Shown here piece by piece: positions 1 to 12,995 of a DNA stretch of 64,000 nt (within the stretch, counting starts at the first letter, position 1; every line of letters begins with the position of its first letter). The position numbers were made by a program, and so were the translations under genes. The stretch spans positions 24,738,001 to 24,802,000 of the forward strand of contig NC_043005.1 in the NCBI RefSeq assembly GCF_006345805.1, read 5' to 3'. The DNA is from Octopus sinensis (lineage: Eukaryota). The notes beneath the pieces are model-generated. The model did not search any database, was not told the DNA's origin, and worked only from the letters and a program-made list of their open reading frames with translations.

Positions 1-830
1 TAAGTTCAAATTCCGCCGAGGTCGACTTTGCCTTTCATCCTTTCAGGGTCGATAAAACAGGTACCAGATGCGTACTGGAGTCGATCTATTCGACTGGCCA
101 TCCCTCCCCCAAAATTTCGGGCTATGTGCCTAGAGTAGAAAAAGATATTAACACTATCTATGGCGGCGGTGGTGGCAGAATCCTTAGCATGCCGGTTGCA
201 ATGCGTAGTGGTGTTTCATCCGCCTCTGCGTTGTGACTTCAAATTCCGCCGAGGTCGACTTTACCTTTCATCCTTTCGGGGTCGATAAAACACGTACCAT
301 TTAAGTACTGGGGTCGATGCAATCGACAATCCCTCCCTGGCCCAAACCTTCAAGCCTTGTGCTTATAATAAAAAGATATTAACAGTCTCTTCCAAAGTTT
401 TTAGCAATGTTATGAAAAATGTGAGTGTTTACACTAGATTGGCAATAATCTCTCATTTTCGAATATTATTTTCTTTTTGAGATCAAATAACGGTTTACAA
501 ATTAACTTGCGAAGTCCTTTTCAAGCATTCTAGTGAAAGAAACTTCACAGATATTTGAGCGTTGGATAGTACCAATATGGTTTTAATGGAAGAAAGTATT
601 TATTATTCCTTTCATTTCTACGATATTTCGATCGCACAGATCTTATTAAAATAATACAGAACAACAATAGGTAGAAAGAACTAAGACAGACAAATATATA
701 AAGCGCTAGTTATATGCATGGGTATATCAATTTCTTATTCTACGATATATACATATAGTGACTTTTCGTCATTGGAAAAAGTATATATATTTGCATTGAG
801 AACCACCTCTCATCGCCAACCGGTAGTTAT

Positions 831-875
831 CACATGCTGATGACGGGTCAACACCCAGAAACTCGGGTCCGTGTG
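831..875 (+). ncRNA. Type I hammerhead ribozyme motif
   Basis: CACATG-CTGATGA-c GGGT caac ACCC a-GAAAC-tcgg-GTC-CGTGTG. Stem I has 6 bp including one GU; stem II has 4 bp with a C.A mismatch at its base; predicted GUC cleavage after 869. Confidence 0.7.
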
Positions 876-1019
876 TATCACGTCAGGTTGGAGATGGGAA
901 AGGTGACTTCCTTTTGCAAATACTGACAGCCAGCTGGAGGAGATGTCTTGCTAGGGCTACAAGCTACAGTACCATCGACCCTTAAGCGTTAGCCACATTT
1001 AGGTGGCTAATATACTTCA

Positions 1020-1054
<35 letters not shown>

Positions 1055-1609
1055 CTCGTTCTGGTCTAACGACCCCCCATGTTTGTTCTCGTTAGGTTTT
1101 CTTGTATGTCTCCACTGCCCTGTTTTTGTTTCCAACTTTGACCCTCCGTAAATCCCAAATTTTATTTTGGTACTTATGGGAGTAACTGTCTTCGAAGACT
1201 CATATTGTCGTTCAATGCTAGAAATGAGGAGTAGATAGGCAGCCGACAACTGATGAAGGGTCGTTCTTTGTGTTACTTGTCCTGTTTTCTATTTGTTTCT
1301 CTCGTGTGCGTATTGAACTCGTTTGTCTTCGTATTTCATGTTGTTTACTGTGAGTGATATCCTGTACCCATATAAGAATATGTATATAAATTATAATTAA
1401 GGTATTCATATAGCACAAGGTATAAATATATAAAGTGGTTTTAGAGTCAATGTTTAGCTGTTATCTCTAGCATACCCTTAATTATAATTTTAATAATAAT
1501 TAATACCTATAAGGTTTTTACTCCCATGCTGGCCACTTGATATGGTCAGTATTTTAAAAAACGATCTTATCTTTATATATATATATATATATATATCATC
1601 ATCATCATC

Positions 1610-1907
1610 GTGACCGACCAGGCTATCAGATGTTGCTACACATCGCTGACCACAATACGCTTCGCATTGTTTTAGCCTTCAAATGACGCCGCCTCGCTGG
1701 CTAAGCGAGCTGGCCAACAGAAGAAAGAGTGAGAAAAAGTTGTATCGAAAGAGTACAGCAGGGATCGCCACCACGCCCTGCCGGACACTCGTGGAGCTTT
1801 AGGTGTTTTCGCTCAATAAACACTCACAACGCCCGGTCTGGGAATCGAAACCGCGATCCTACGACCGCGAGTCCGCTGCCATAACCACTGGGCTATTGCG
1901 CCTCCAC
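1610..1907 (-). mobile_element. tRNA-headed SINE (family I)
   Basis: Minus-strand head GGAGGCGCAATAGCCCAGTGGTTA..GGTTTCGATTCCC followed by a unique body. Confidence 0.75.
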
Positions 1908-2164
1908 ACAAACACACACACATATATATACACGCACACACACACACACACAAACAGAGAAGCATATTTGTATGTGTGTTCAGGAGTGGAGGGGAGACGA
2001 GCGACGAAGCAAACAGTTCTCTGTTGAACTAAAACGGAAAAGGTTTAACAGATTAGTAGATTCATTGTAAGAATGTATACGTTTTTGACGTGGTCTATAT
2101 ATATAAAATACACACACACGCACGCATGCACACACACACACACATACTCACACACACACACACA

Positions 2165-2275
<111 letters not shown>

Positions 2276-2710
2276 TCACACGTATCGTTATAAGTAGAAT
2301 AAAGAAAGACGTCATTGAAAAGCAGGAAGAAAATATTTAAAGGCTGTGTGTTAAGAAGCTTGCTACCCAACCACATGGTTCCGGGTTCAGTCCCACTGCG
2401 TGGCATCTTGGGCAAGTGTCTCCTACTATAGCCTCGGTCAGACCAAAGCCTTCTGAATGGAATTGGTGTTATATAAATATATATATTACCGGTATGAATA
2501 GTGTATAAATCCACGTCTATATACGTATATGCGTATGTATGTGCACACACATACATGCATTCATATATATACACACACAAGCACACACACAGATACACAC
2601 ACATGCACACACTTACAAGTTATACGTATATGATGATGGTAGTGGTGGCGGTGGTTGTGATGGTGGTGGTGAGGATTCACTTGTTCGATCAACTAAACGT
2701 TTTACTCCTA

Positions 2711-3057
2711 GGCTACGAGCTGGCAGAAACGTTAGCACGCCGAGCGAAATGCGTAATCGTATTTCGTCTGCCGTTACGTTCTGAGTTCAAATTCCGCCGG
2801 GGTCGACTTTGCCTTTCATCTTTTCGAGGTCGATTAAATAAGTACCAGTTACGCACTGGGGTCGATGTAATCGACTTAATCCGTTTGTCTGTCCTTGTTT
2901 GTCCCCTCTAGGTTTAGCCCCTTGTGGGTAGTAAAGAAATAGGTATTTCGTCTGTCTTTACGTTCTAAGTTCAATTTCCACCGAGGTCAACTTTGCCTTT
3001 CATCCTTTCGGGGTCGATGAATTAAGTACCAGTTGCGGACTGGGGTCGATCTAATCG
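2711..3057 (+). mobile_element. SINE A dimer (head-unit-tail2-unit)
   Basis: tRNA-like A box GGCAGAAACGTTAGC and B box GAGTTCAAATTCC; restart at GGTATTTCG at 2942. Confidence 0.9.
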
Positions 3058-3419
3058 AGAGAGAGAGCGAGAGAGAGAGGGGAGAGAGAGCGAGAGAGAG
3101 AGGGGAGAGAAAGAGAGAGAGAGAGAGAATGTTCTACCTTTACAATTACTGATGCAATCCACCTTTAGGACATCTATAATGCTTTTTTCGACCCTGTTTC
3201 ACTCTCAATTCATGGATCCATCCGAGGCTATAGATAGTGACACATCTCCCGCGATGCTACGCAGTGGGATCGAACCCAGGACATCATAGTTACAAAGCAA
3301 ACTACTGTAGGTTGCCCATACACATGCTAACACACACATGCTAACACACACACACACACACGCATAAATGTGTAGGTATGTTGTATATTTACAGCAGTGT
3401 AAGGTAGGTAAAGAGGCAA

Positions 3420-3450
<31 letters not shown>

Positions 3451-3785
3451 TGTATGTATGTATGTATGTAGGTAGGTAGGTAGGCAGGTAGGTAGGTAGG
3501 TAGGTAGGTAGGTAGGTAGGTGGGTAGGTAGGTATGGAGGTAGGTAATTAAATTATGTAAATTGATTACACGGCACATTCTTTTTCAGATGCTTAGAACG
3601 AAATCTGCTTGGAAAAGAAACGCCCTTGGGTTACCGTGTTTGACAATTAAGGGATATTTTCTTGATATTTCGCCAGAATTATTTTGTACAATATGTAAAT
3701 AATTGAAAATGGTTGTTACATACTCTCCTATTGATGTTTCTACCGTTCCTTTTCTGTTTGTACTTTCTTTATATATATATATTAT

Positions 3786-3818
<33 letters not shown>

Positions 3819-4007
3819 CTTATACATCTGTTACCCCCCACCTTTCGTCTGTCATTTCCTACATTTTATCTTCAACACATTCATTTTCCACCCCGCCACA
3901 AAATATCCCTGTCTCCTCCTCAAAATTGCCGACACTTTTTCTTGTTCAGTTGATTTCGTTTAAAATTTTTCAATTAATTAAAATACTCTGGAATGGCGCC
4001 CAATCAC

Positions 4008-4592
4008 TATTCTTTTCTACTTTAGGTACAAGGCCCGAAATTTTGGGGGGAGGAGGTGCAGTCGATTAGATCGACCCTAGTACGCAACTGGTACTTAATT
4101 TATCGACTCCGAAAGGATGAAAGGCAAAGTCGACCTCGGCAGAATTTGAACTCAGAACCTAAAGACAGACGAAATACCTATTTCTTTATTACCCACAAGG
4201 GGCTAAACATAGAGTGGACAAACAAGGACATACATAGGTATTAAGTCGATTACATCGATCCCCAGTGCGTAACTGGTACTTAATTTATCGACCCCGAAAG
4301 GATGAAAGGCAAAGTCGACCTCGGCAGAATTTGAACTCAGAACCTAAAGACAGATGAAATACCTATTTCTTTATTACCCACAAGAGGCTAAACATATAGT
4401 GGACAAACAAGGACATACATAGGTATTAAGTCGATTACATCGACCCCAGTGCGTAACTGGTAGTTAATTTATCGACCCCGAAAGGATGAAAGGCAAAGTC
4501 GACCTCGGCGGAATTTGAACTCACAACGTAACGACAGACGAAATACCGCAAAGCATTTCGCCCGGCGTGCTAACGTTTCTGCCAGCTCGCCA
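4008..4592 (-). mobile_element. SINE A trimer (head, two tail2 units, final tail1 unit)
   Basis: Three units of about 185 bp with junctions at 4178/4179 and 4363/4364. Confidence 0.9.
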
Positions 4593-6041
4593 TCTTTGGC
4601 GCCCAATTACTATTGCTCGTTCATGATGGGAATCATCTTTTGATGGAACCATTTCGTTTTCCTCACAAAAATTTACCATTATTTTGGTGAGATTCCTAAT
4701 CAGTCTGTTAGATCGCTCGTCTACTCTCAAAGAGTTCCTTCACCCTCCTTCTTTCTTTTTCATTTCGTACATCCAAAGCAACCCTGCCGAGTAGTGTTAA
4801 TCGTCTTCACATGCCTACATACGTTAATACGATGATGAGTGGTAAGTTTACAATCGATTACATCTACCGTCAAGTGATTATCCTCGAAATAGGAAAGATA
4901 ACATTGTCTTAAATGAGATTGGAATTCAGAACCAAAACGTATGTGTAACTAAATACTGCAAAGCTATATTGGTTTTCCACACAACAATTACAGTCTTAAT
5001 GCTTTCTAATTTAAGTACAATACAAGCAGTTCTGAGAGAAGAGGTTAGTCGATTCCGATGACTTCTGTATTCCTCTTTTATTGAATTTTATCGATCGCTG
5101 AAAGGATGTAAGACAAATCTGACGCCGATAACAAACGCAAAACGTAAACGCTACGCAACTAGTCACTGCAAAGCATTTTGTACGTCATTCTTACAGATTC
5201 GCTAATCCATCTCCACCCTGCAATAATCGTTTTTTATTTAGGCACAAAGCTTAAATTTATTTAGCCACGCCTATGCCTTTACGTTCTGCGTTCATATCCT
5301 AAAGACGTCAACTTTGCCTTACAACCTACCAGGGTCGATGAAATTATGTACCAACCGATTACAGATTCGATATAATCGATTAAGCTCTTCCCCAAATTTA
5401 AAGTCGTGGGTCTATGTTAGGAAAATGGCGGTCCTTTGAGTAAATCGTTTGAGCGCATTTAATTACGGCTCTTTACATTCTGAGCTCAAATACTGCCGCG
5501 ATCAACTTTGAGTGGGATTACATCGACACTAGGTTTTGACTGATGCTTATTTTATCGATCCTTGAAGGACGTGAATTAAAGTTGACCGCAGTGGGGTTTG
5601 AATTTACAACATAAAGAGTTGGAACAAATGCTCTAAGGGAATTTTTTTTCCGCAGCCGCCTTCTTCAGCTTAGCATGAAGAAAGATAACAAGATGCTCTT
5701 CAGCACTACCGGTTCTTTTACATGATTATCACAATCACAAGGCTCTCTAATTTAGGTAGAGGGCTCGTTATGAAAGGTGGTGGGAGTTTACGCGATTCTA
5801 TTGCCCTCAGATTAATACTTCATTTTATGATCCCCGATAAGATGAAAGGCAAAGTTGATCGCGGCACTATTTGAGCTCAGAATGTAAAGAGCCGTAATTA
5901 AATGCGCTCAAACGATTTACTCAAAGGACCGCCATTTTCCTAACAGAGACCCACGACCTTAAATTTGGGTAGGGCTTTCAGGGTAGGTTGTAAGGCGAAG
6001 TTGACGTCTTTAGGATTTGAACGCAGAACGTAAAGGCATAA

Positions 6042-6196
6042 GAGTGGCTGCGTGGTAAGTAGCTTGCTTACTAGCCACATGGTTCCAGATTCAGTCCCAC
6101 TGCGTGGCACCTTGGGCAAGTGTCTTCTACTATAGCCTCGGGCCGACCAAAGCCATCTGAGTGGATTTGGCTGATAGAAACTGAAAGAAGCCCGTC

Positions 6197-6239
<43 letters not shown>

Positions 6240-6515
6240 AGTGTGTGTGTGTGTGCGCGCGCGTGTGTGTGTCTGTGTGTGTGTGTCTGTGTGTATGTTT
6301 GTGTGTGTGTGTTTGTCTCCCCAACATCGCTTGACAACCGATGCTAGTGTGTTTACGTCTCCGTAACTTAGCGGTTTGGCAAAAGAGACCGATAGAATAA
6401 GTACTAGGCTTACAAAGAATAAGTCCTGGGGTCGATTAGTTCGACTAAAAAGGCGGTGCTCCAGCATGTCTGCAGTCAAATGTCTGAAATAAAAGAGTAA
6501 AAGAGTAACGATTCT
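6042..6515 (+). mobile_element. SINE B, full length (tRNA head, CORE-like CCTTGGGCAAG block, internal microsatellite)
   Basis: GGCTG(T/C)GTGGTAAG A box, GGTTCAGTCC B box, internal (TA)n(TG)n, tail GTAAAAGAG. Confidence 0.9.
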
Positions 6516-6944
6516 GCCAGTCCATGACCTTTCACCGTCCAATAGTAATAGTTTCAAATTTTGGCACAAGGCCAACAATTTTGAGGGGAGGGGAAAGTAC
6601 TTACCTGATACTTATCTTAGCGACCCCAAAAGGAAAAAAAGGCAAAGTTGACTTCGGCTGGGTTTGAAAGCAGAATGTAAAAAGACCGAAGAAATACCGT
6701 TAAGCATTTTGTTTGACGCACTAGATTCTATCAGATCACAACCTTCCAGTACTAATCCTTTCTAATTTCAGCACAAGGCCAGAAATGTTTGAGGGGAGGG
6801 GAAACCAATTACATCGACCCCACTATTAAATGGTGTTTATTTTATTGACCCCAGAATGCAAAGCCGACTTCAGCGAAATTTGAACTCAGAACGTAAATAC
6901 GGGTGAAATGCCGGTGTGCATTTTGTCCGACGCGCTAATCATTC

Positions 6945-7355
6945 TTATTTCTTTATTGCCCACAAGGAGCTAAACATAGAGGGGACAAACAAGGACAGAC
7001 AAGGGGATTAAGTACCAGTGCGTAACTGGTACTTAATTTATCGACCCCCTAAAGGATGAAAGGCAAAGTCGACCTCGGCGGAATTTGAACTCAGAACGTA
7101 AAGACAGACGAAATACCTATTTCTTTATTACCCACAAGGGACTAAACACAGAGGGGACAAACAAGGACAGACAAAGGGATTAAGTCGACTATATCGACCC
7201 CAGTGCGTAACTGGTACTTAATTTATCGACCCCGAAAGGATGAAAGGCAAAGTCGACCTCGGCGGAATTTGAACTCAGAACGTAGCGGCAGATGAAATAT
7301 CGCTAAGCATTTCGCCCGGCGTGCTAACTAACGTTTCTGTCAGATCGCCGCCTTC
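6945..7355 (-). mobile_element. SINE A dimer, both units with tail2
   Basis: Junction at 7117/7118. Confidence 0.9.
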
Positions 7356-8948
7356 CGCCGCCCACTAATAATGTTATTTAGACAGAATAAGAAGACAGTG
7401 GAACGACTCTACCGAATTCCAGCCTTGGTTTCTTCAATAAATGCCAATATAGTTACTATTCTTTGTCTCTGTACGAACAATAAGAACAAGAAATAGAGTG
7501 TCTCTGTTAGCATACGACAACATAAAATAGGTTTTTGTCAGGTAAAAATGTCACATTGTCTTTGTTTACACGTCAGGCAGTTGTTGTTGTTATTGTTGTT
7601 GCTGTTGCTGTTGTTATTGTTTAATTGTAGGTCAGCGCTTATCGAATCGATCTATGAATAAAGATTTTCCAGTTGCAACTATCTGTCTTGTCTTTTCGTA
7701 TATTCGTGACATTACTGAATGCAGCTTGCTAAAAATAATGACAGGGTGTAATTTATGAGAGATTTAGCTGCTATTTCTAGCAGTCTGAATGTCCATACTC
7801 TTTTACTCTTTTATTTGTTTCAGTCATTTGACTATGGCCATGCTGGGGCACCGCCTTTAGTCGAACAAATCGACGCCAGGACTTATTCTTTGTAAGTCTA
7901 GTACTTATTCTATCGGTCTCTTTTGCCGAACCGATAAGTTACGGGGACGTAAGCACACCAGCATCGGTTGTCAAGCGATGTTGGGGGGGGGGGCAAACAC
8001 AGACACATAAACATATACACACAAATACATACATATATATATATATGTATGTTGAGTGCATTTCTTCTTTCTCCTTCATTCTTCTATTCCCTGACCTCTT
8101 CGATGCAGCGTCAACGAATGTCAGCGGTCGACTGACCATTCTGCCAAATTTCCCTTTAAATACTCGCTGGTAAGCTCCAGTAGCCAGCACCAGCAAGTTG
8201 TCACGTGACACTGTCTAAACTTCAACTGACCAATGGAGGGGAAAGGCACGTAATCTCAGCCCGCGCCCTCTCTAAACCTGCCTTCCAAAAGCGTCGTGTT
8301 AGTTTCAGTTCAAGCAGCCAGAACCGACCAGCTGTTTGGTGGTACACGCCTTCGAATTTTTTCTGCGTATTCGTAATCTCCGACATGTAAAACCCAGGAA
8401 TCCGTCTAAACATTTTCAGAAAAATTCATTTTTCAAGGTGAGGTGCGAATCTGCATTAGCCCCCAGTAACATTAGTTTTAAAGTTTGACACAAGGCCAAC
8501 AATTTTGGGGTAGAGGGTGAGTCGATTACAGTGTTCAAATGGTTCTTACTTTATGTATCCCGAAAGGATGAAAAGAAAAGTCGGCCTCGGCGGAATTTGA
8601 ACTCAGAACGTAAAGACAGACGAAATGCCGCTAAGCATTTCGCCCGGCGTGCTAACGATTCTGCCAGCTCGCTGCCTTAATAATACTAATAGCAGCAATA
8701 ACGATAGTGGTTTCTGATTTGGGCACAAGGCCAGAAATTTTTGAGGTCAGGAATTAAGTCAGTACCATCAGCCCTAGTACTGGACCCCAGCACTCTTTCA
8801 TCCCCACCGGAAGAGTGACAGGTGGCAATTGAAGTCAGAATATAAAGTGCCGGGCCCTTTATCAAAGAGAGTTAACATGTAGAGTGCGGGCCACTCAGAG
8901 CTCTGGGCCCTCGGGTAGTACGCCATTGACCGACGGCTCAATCCGCCC

Positions 8949-9446
8949 GCGAAATTTTTTTCCCACGAGAGTTCTGGACCTGAGTTATGAACTCATTTGC
9001 ATACAGCCAGTCAGAGTTTAACTATCAGACTAACATATCAGCGCATAACAAGTGATGAGCGATAAGATAAGGTCACTTGAGTAAGGAATGACCAAACTTC
9101 TTTTCTCTTTTAATAATGTTATTTGTGTTGTTTACTTTCTAAAACAATAAGGGGAGAGGGTTGCTATCACATCACCCTCTGCCCACATTTTTCCCATCCA
9201 CATCTTTACCATATGGGGCCCTAACAAAATCCGATAATAGATACAGATGCAAATCTATCTAATAACTTGTCTCCTAAAATCAGACATCACTTGGCAATCG
9301 GTCGACTTACAACACCGTTCTTCGTCTTAAGTTTACTTGGTAGGGTGTGTTTGCTAACTTTGACATAATCAAGGTGAACTGTGATTGACTGTGTGCAAAT
9401 GAGTTCATTACTGGGATCCAGAACTCTCGTGGAAAAATAATTTCGC
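8949..9446. mobile_element. MITE family D (Mutator-like, 9-bp TSD), copy 1
   Basis: TIRs of about 70 bp starting GCGAAATTTTTTT; flanks AATCCGCCC / AGTCCGCCC. Confidence 0.85.
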
Positions 9447-10157
9447 AGTCCGCCCCTTCCCAGGGCATTTTTTCCGACACTCTTATGACTCTGCCAATTC
9501 TCCGCCCATAAACAGCTTCTAATTTAGATACAAGGTCAACAGTTTCGAGGACAGGGAATTAGTCGATTCCATTGGTTCAAGTACTTGATTAGTACTTTAT
9601 TTTATCGACCTTGAATGGATGAAAGGCAAAGATGACCTCAGCAGGATTTGAAAAGTCGGAACAAATAACACACAGCATTTTTTCTGAAGCTCTGACGATT
9701 CTACCAGCTTGTCGCCTTAATAATAAACAGTAATTGTTTCAAATTTGGCACACAAGTCCGGCCAGTTTAGAGGGAGTGGGGTTTTTTTATAGCCTCCAGT
9801 GCTTAAGTGATACTTATTTTATCGCCCCCACTCCGAAGGCATTAAAAGGCGAAGGTAACCACTGCTGATACCGCAAAGCAATTTCTTTTCTTTAATCTCA
9901 CGATTCTTCCAGCTCATCATCTTAATGCAGATCATATCTGCTAAATGAACCTGTTTGACAGAAGAAAATATAAATAAAATAAAAATATATGTTTGAGGCA
10001 GTCTGTGGACAACTTTTTTTGCCGTCTTAAGGGTAATAATACTCAATCTTTCTGCTTTTTTCACGGCTATACTGCGTTCGAAATATTACCTTCTACTTGT
10101 CTGAATAATACGATACACATTCGACGCTTCTAAAAACAAAATAAAAAGTTTGTTTAC

Positions 10158-10326
10158 ATGGCTGTGTGGTAAGTAGCTTACTTACCAACCACATGGTCTT
10201 GGGTTCAGTCCCACTGCGTGGCACCTTGGGCAAGTGTCTTCAACTATAGCTTCGGGCCGACCAAAGCCTTCTGAGTGGATTTGGTAGACAGAAACTGAAA
10301 GAAGCCCGTCGTATATGTATATATAT

Positions 10327-10419
<93 letters not shown>

Positions 10420-10615
10420 TGTTTGTCCTTCGAACATCGTTTGACAACCGATGCCGGTGTGTTTACGTCCCCATAACTTAGCGGCCGGTAAAAGACACCG
10501 ATAGAATAAGTACTAGGCTTACAGAGAATAAGTTCTGGGCTCGATTTGCTCGACTAAAGGCGGTGTTCCAGCTAGGCCATAGTCAAATGACTGAAACAAG
10601 TAAAAGAGTAAAAGA

Positions 10616-10620
<5 letters not shown>
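10158..10620 (+). mobile_element. SINE B, full length
   Basis: Same architecture as 6042-6515. Confidence 0.9.
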
Positions 10621-10654
<34 letters not shown>

Positions 10655-10820
10655 AGGTGAATCGAGAATATTCAGGAACTATGGTTGTCTTCAAGGCAAT
10701 CGGTTCATTTGTAAGCCATTCATACCATGAAAACTGCACGATTGGTATGTCACTCGGTCCAGTCAAAATATCTGCCTAATCAGGACAAGTTTATAAAAAA
10801 ATAAATAAGACAAATCCTGA

Positions 10821-10860
<40 letters not shown>

Positions 10861-10947
10861 CCAATGTCACATGGTCTTAATCTTCTTTTAAACAGCATGA
10901 TTGTTCTTAGTACAGAAATGTCTGAGGTATTACTAGCGCTACGTCGG

Positions 10948-11378
10948 GGATCTTTTCGGTTTGAACGGCAGTTTTTAACATAATTTCTAGGTAACTAAAA
11001 AATTTTTAAACTTCGTATACTGGTAGAATGTGTTTATAAAACATCTTTTTCTCTTGGCTTTATTGAGAAAATTCTATAGTTTGTAAGATATTTGTTGTTT
11101 TTTTTTCTTCAATTTCTGCAATTTCAACCAATCAGTGACGTCTATTGAGTTAAAAAGCATTCTGTACCGTATGAATATGTCCCTCGTTTAAGAAACAGAT
11201 TGGGTTTATTTAGATTTGTGAAGAAAAAAAGATACCCTTCCCCTACCCTAACTAACCCTAACTAACCCTAACCCTAAAAGAGATTGAAATGCAATAGATC
11301 GATTCTAGGGTCATCATTATGGGTGATAATTTCATATGACACCGCTAGAAAAAACTGCCGTTCAAACCGAAAAGATCC
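10948..11378. mobile_element. Mutator-like MITE with perfect 9-bp TSD and internal telomere-like hexamers
   Basis: TIR GGATCTTTTCGGTTTGAACGGCAGTTTT and its reverse complement; TSD CTACGTCGG (10939-10947, 11379-11387); CCCTAA/ACTAA run at 11241-11277. Confidence 0.9.
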
Positions 11379-11379
11379 C

Positions 11380-11933
11380 TACGTCGGTTTCGACGACCAG
11401 GGTCCCAGTTGATCCGATTAGCCTACTTGTGATATTAACCCATTCACTGCCAAATTTTTTTAATTCATATTTTATGGGCTTTGTCAGGTGTCTTTAGGAG
11501 TTAAAATAATATATAGTATTGAGCCAGGCATTGTTCGTGAAGGAACAAACAACAATAATGACAAACTTTACTAAATATTGTTAAACACACCTCTGCGAAT
11601 GCACTTTAAATACAACGAACAACCGAAAATGAGACTGTTTTCAGCAGATTCCCAAATGGGACACATGACAGGCAATGGGTTAATGTATAAATAACTCAGC
11701 ACTCTACAGATACATGTACCCATACTGTAGTTCTCAGGGAAATTCAGTCTGGCACAGAATGTGAGAAGACCCGTCCTTTTGAAATACAGATATTACTAAT
11801 TTTTGCCAGCTGAGTGGACTGGAGCAACGTGAAATAAAGTGTCTTGCTCAAAGGACACAACGCGTCGCCGGGAATTGAACTCACGACCCTACGATCGTGA
11901 GCCGAATGCCCTAACCACTAAGCCACACACCTT
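11380..11933 (-). mobile_element. SINE C, older copy carrying two MITE insertions
   Basis: Aligns to 34862-35184 after removing 11439-11683. Confidence 0.8.
11439..11679. mobile_element. piggyBac-like MITE inside SINE C
   Basis: TTAA-CCCATT...AATGGG-TTAA; removing it restores the single TTAA seen in the uninterrupted SINE C copy at 34862-35184. Confidence 0.75.
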
Positions 11934-12459
11934 CCCTCAATGTTTGATCTATATTGAAAGGAGATACCAATATATTTTACAACGAGATCGATATGCGTTT
12001 CATCGGTACTCGTTGGGCGTATCATACATTGTTAAATCTATTCATTTTATTTTAAACAAAGATCTGGTTGGCCGTTTTAGCTGCAGTTGTTTTCTACTCT
12101 AGGCACAAGGCTCGAAAGTTTTGTGGGAGGGAGCCAGTCAGCTAGATCGACCACAGTACGCAACTGGTACTTAATTTATCGACCCCGAAAGGATGAAAGG
12201 CAAAGTCGACGTCGGCGGAAGTTCTGAGTTCATATTCCGCCCAAGTCGACATTTCCTTTCATCCTTTCGGTGTCGATAAATTAAGTACCAGTTGCATACT
12301 GGGGTCGATCTAGCCGACTGGCCTCTTCCCATCCCCCAAATTTCAGGCCTTGTGTCTAGAGTAGAAAGGATTTAGTTGTAGTTCTTTGACAGTCCAAAAG
12401 CATAATCGCAACTCACGAAGTAAGCTGCCTCAAGTTATATAGTGTGTGCCCCCCGGGGT

Positions 12460-12995
12460 GCGAAATTTTTTTTCCCACGAGAGTTCCGGACCACAGTTAT
12501 GAATCATTTGTATACAGCTAATCAGAGCTCAACTATCAAACTAATTTATGAGCGCATAACAACTGATGGCGAGAAGATAAGGTCACTTGGATAAAGAATG
12601 ATCATACTTCTTTTCTCTTTTAATAATGCTTGTTCTTGTTCTTGTTTCAACCATGGCAGCCTCTGTGTAGTTATTTTTGTTGTTGTTTACTTTCTAAAAC
12701 AGTAAGGGGTGAGGGCTGCTAGCACATCACCCTTTGCCCACATTTTTCGCATCCACATCTTTACCATATGGGGCCCTAACAAAATCCGATAATAGGTATA
12801 GATGCAAATCTATCTAATTACTTGTCTCCTTCTAAAATCAGGCATAACTTGGCGATCGGTCGACCTACAACACTGTTCTTCGTCTTGAGTTTAGTTGGTA
12901 GTGTGTGTTTGTTAACTTGACAACAAGGTCAAGATGAGCTGTGATTGGCTGTATGCAAATGAGTTCATTACTCACGTGAGAAAAAGAAAATTCGC
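12460..12995. mobile_element. MITE family D, copy 2
   Basis: Same TIRs and interior as copy 1; flanks CCCCGGGGT / GCCCGGGGC. Confidence 0.85.

Noticed and set aside
2711-2800. SINE heads as functional tRNA genes
   Set aside because: Only A/B boxes are retained; no complete cloverleaf could be folded and each continues into a repeat body.
3585-3720. QNNSGEIS as an EF-hand loop on the minus strand
   Set aside because: Loop positions 1 and 12 are V and Y instead of D and E; no exon boundaries.
4008-4592. SINE A arrays as CRISPR-like repeat-spacer arrays
   Set aside because: Units are ~185-bp full repeats without unique spacers, in eukaryotic context, with no cas genes.
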